Source: Antedon mediterranea (lineage: Eukaryota; Animalia; Echinodermata). From it: DNA of 64,000 nucleotides. The stretch spans positions 2,909,812 to 2,973,811 of the forward strand of contig NC_092675.1 in NCBI RefSeq assembly GCF_964355755.1, written 5' to 3'. The notes beneath the pieces are model-generated. The model was not told where the DNA came from. It made no database searches and saw nothing but the letters and a program-made list of their open reading frames with translations. Every line of letters starts with the position of its first letter. Positions within the stretch are counted from its first letter, which is position 1. The translations under genes and the position numbers were made by a program. Below, piece after piece: positions 1-64,000 of this stretch.

Positions 1-61958
<61,958 letters not shown>

Positions 61959-62216
61959 TTAATTAATTTAACAAAATATTTTTTTTTTACTTTGATTTCT
62001 CCTACTTACCTATAATTTTTTTTAAATATCAATGTATCCTAGGCCTATGTTTAAAAAAAATATATGGTTTCCCAATAATACACAAACTATTCTACTGTAT
62101 ACTATAGGCCAAGATTGTCGTTCAATAACAACTTGTTCTCTACGTGTACCTAGGCCCTATAGCAGCTGTAGAGTAGGCTGGTCTACCTCATATGTTGGGT
62201 GGCAAGGCTGCCTAAC

Positions 62217-63954
62217 TATGGCACGCCAGGACGGACATAACTATCTCAAGTTGACCTCGCTCGTGTTATGTAGACATCGCTCGTGTTGAGTTTACACATC
62301 GCTCGTGTTATGTAGACATCACTCGTGTTGAGTTTACACATCGCTCGTGTTATGGAGACATCACTCGTGTTGAGTTTACACATCGCTCGTGTTATGGAGA
62401 CATCGCGCGAGTTGAGTTTACACATCACTCGTGTTAGGTTAACATCGCTCGTGTTCAGTTTACACATCGCTCGTGTTGAGTTTATACACGTCGCGCGTGT
62501 TGAGGTTTAACACATCGCGTGTGTTGAGTGTTTACACATCGCGCGTGTTGAGTTTTTACACATCGCGCGTGTTGAGTTTTTACACATCGCACGTATTGAG
62601 TTTTTACACATCGCACGTATTGAGTTTTTACACATCGCGCGTGTTGAGTTTATATATCGCGCGTGTTGAGTTTTACATATCGCGCATATCAAGTTTACTC
62701 TATTGTTAAACCCTCCCTGCCTCCTACTGTAGCTAGGCATAATTTATGTCATGAGACTGGGTCAGGCCTAGGCTATATGCCTAGCTAGGATAGCCTATAG
62801 GCCTAGGCTCTGATTTTTACACAAGGCCTTCTAGGCTGGCTGGGCCTGGGCATAATTAGTAATAAATGAATCATTTAATCTAATAAATTCACCCAATAGA
62901 TCTACGATTCCTTTAGTGTATTCATTAAGCGCCATTTCTACTCTGATTTCTACTCTCTCATGACAAGTACTGTAAGACGAACGGGACATTCTAGCCACGC
63001 CTTCTCTCCGCCTCTCTGATTTTTCCAATTAAAATGGAAATAACATTTTCAAAATTTTAAAATGTATATTAATAAAATCATTACTATAAACAATATTTAT
63101 ATTATTTAAAACAATCAATATATTAAAAACAGACTTGAATACCAGGGATACAACATTTTAAAAGCAACATATAAGAACATCAAAAATGCTATAAACATTA
63201 TATTATAGAGGTTCCAATAATTAGTTAAAATATGCAATAAAATTGGCTAAAAGAATAAATAAAAATGCTGGCATTACTATGCTTGAGATCGATGTGTAAA
63301 AACTCAACACGTGCGATGTAAAAAGTTGATACGCGCGATGTGTAAAAACTCAACACGCGCGATGTGTAAAAACTCAACACGCGCGATGTGTAAAAACTCA
63401 ACACGCGCAATGTGTAAAAACTCAACACGCGCGATGTGTAAAAACTCAACACGCGCAATGTGTAAAAACTCAACACGCGCGATGTGTAAAAACTCAACAC
63501 GCGCGATGTGTAAAAACTCAACACGCGCTATGTGTAAAAACTCAACACGCGCTATGTGTAAAAACTCAACACGCGCGATGTGTAAAAACTCAACACGCGC
63601 GATGTGTAAAAACTCAACACGCGCGATGTGTAAAAACTCAACACGCATGATGTGTAAAAAATCAACACGCGCGATGTGTAAAAACTCAACACGCGCGATG
63701 TGTAAAAACTCAACACGCGCGATGTGTTAAAACTCAACACGAGCGATGTGTAAACTGAACACGAGCGATGTCTTCATAACACGAGCGATGTGTAAACTCA
63801 ACTCAAGCGCTGTCTCCATAACACGAGCGATGTGTAAACTCAACACGAGCGATGTCTACATAACACGAGCGATGTGTAAACTCAACACGAGCGATGTCTA
63901 CATAACACGAGCGAGATCAACTTGAGATAGTTATGTCCGTCCTGGCGTGCCATA
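62217..63954. mobile_element. Non-autonomous foldback DNA transposon, IS3EU-like ends, 6-bp TSD
   Basis: Ends TATGGCACGCCAGGACGGACATAACTATCTCAAGTTGA / exact reverse complement; CCTAAC duplicated at 62211-16 and 63955-60; arms built of 42-bp and 24-bp tandem units. Confidence 0.85.
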
Positions 63955-64000
63955 CCTAACATACAACAGACAGCCCCACTAGCCTAGCTAGGCCTTGTAC

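Noticed and set aside
62004-62045. Strong donor (tag|gtaagt) as candidate first coding exon
   Set aside because: In-frame stop shortly upstream, no ATG and no similarity to the DAPK N-terminus (..EELG); the true first exon is probably outside the window
62831-63028. 65-aa ORF in the foldback spacer as a transposase remnant
   Set aside because: No recognisable DDE or DNA-binding motif; cannot be supported without a search
62246-63740. Many overlapping ORFs (RAMCKNST, ARVEFLHI repeats) and a CRISPR-like look
   Set aside because: Tandem units of the foldback arms; no unique spacers and the DNA is eukaryotic

Overview
AT-rich eukaryotic (animal) genomic DNA, probably from an invertebrate deuterostome such as an echinoderm (inferred from gene structure and SINE content). 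Almost the whole window is one minus-strand, multi-exon gene for a DAPK1-type death-associated protein kinase. I traced 21 coding exons (about 4.1 kb, about 1367 codons) with GT-AG junctions and compatible phases. They encode the kinase domain, CaM-regulatory segment, ankyrin repeats, ROC-COR and the death domain ending ...SVVS(R). The first coding exon lies beyond the right edge and the stop codon just beyond the left edge. The introns hold tRNA-derived SINEs, several MITE families (Harbinger-, Kolobok-, Tc1/mariner- and P-like), minisatellites, Penelope-like remnants carrying minimal hammerhead ribozyme motifs, and a 1.7-kb foldback element with IS3EU-type ends. Best leads: the hammerhead motifs, the IS3EU-like foldback, a phase-compatible chain of candidate cryptic exons in the 25.7-kb intron, an array of octamer (ATGCAAAT) motifs, and a tandem amplification of an exon/donor boundary. 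Most short ORFs in the supplied track are spurious. I see no clear sign of a wholly new biological system.
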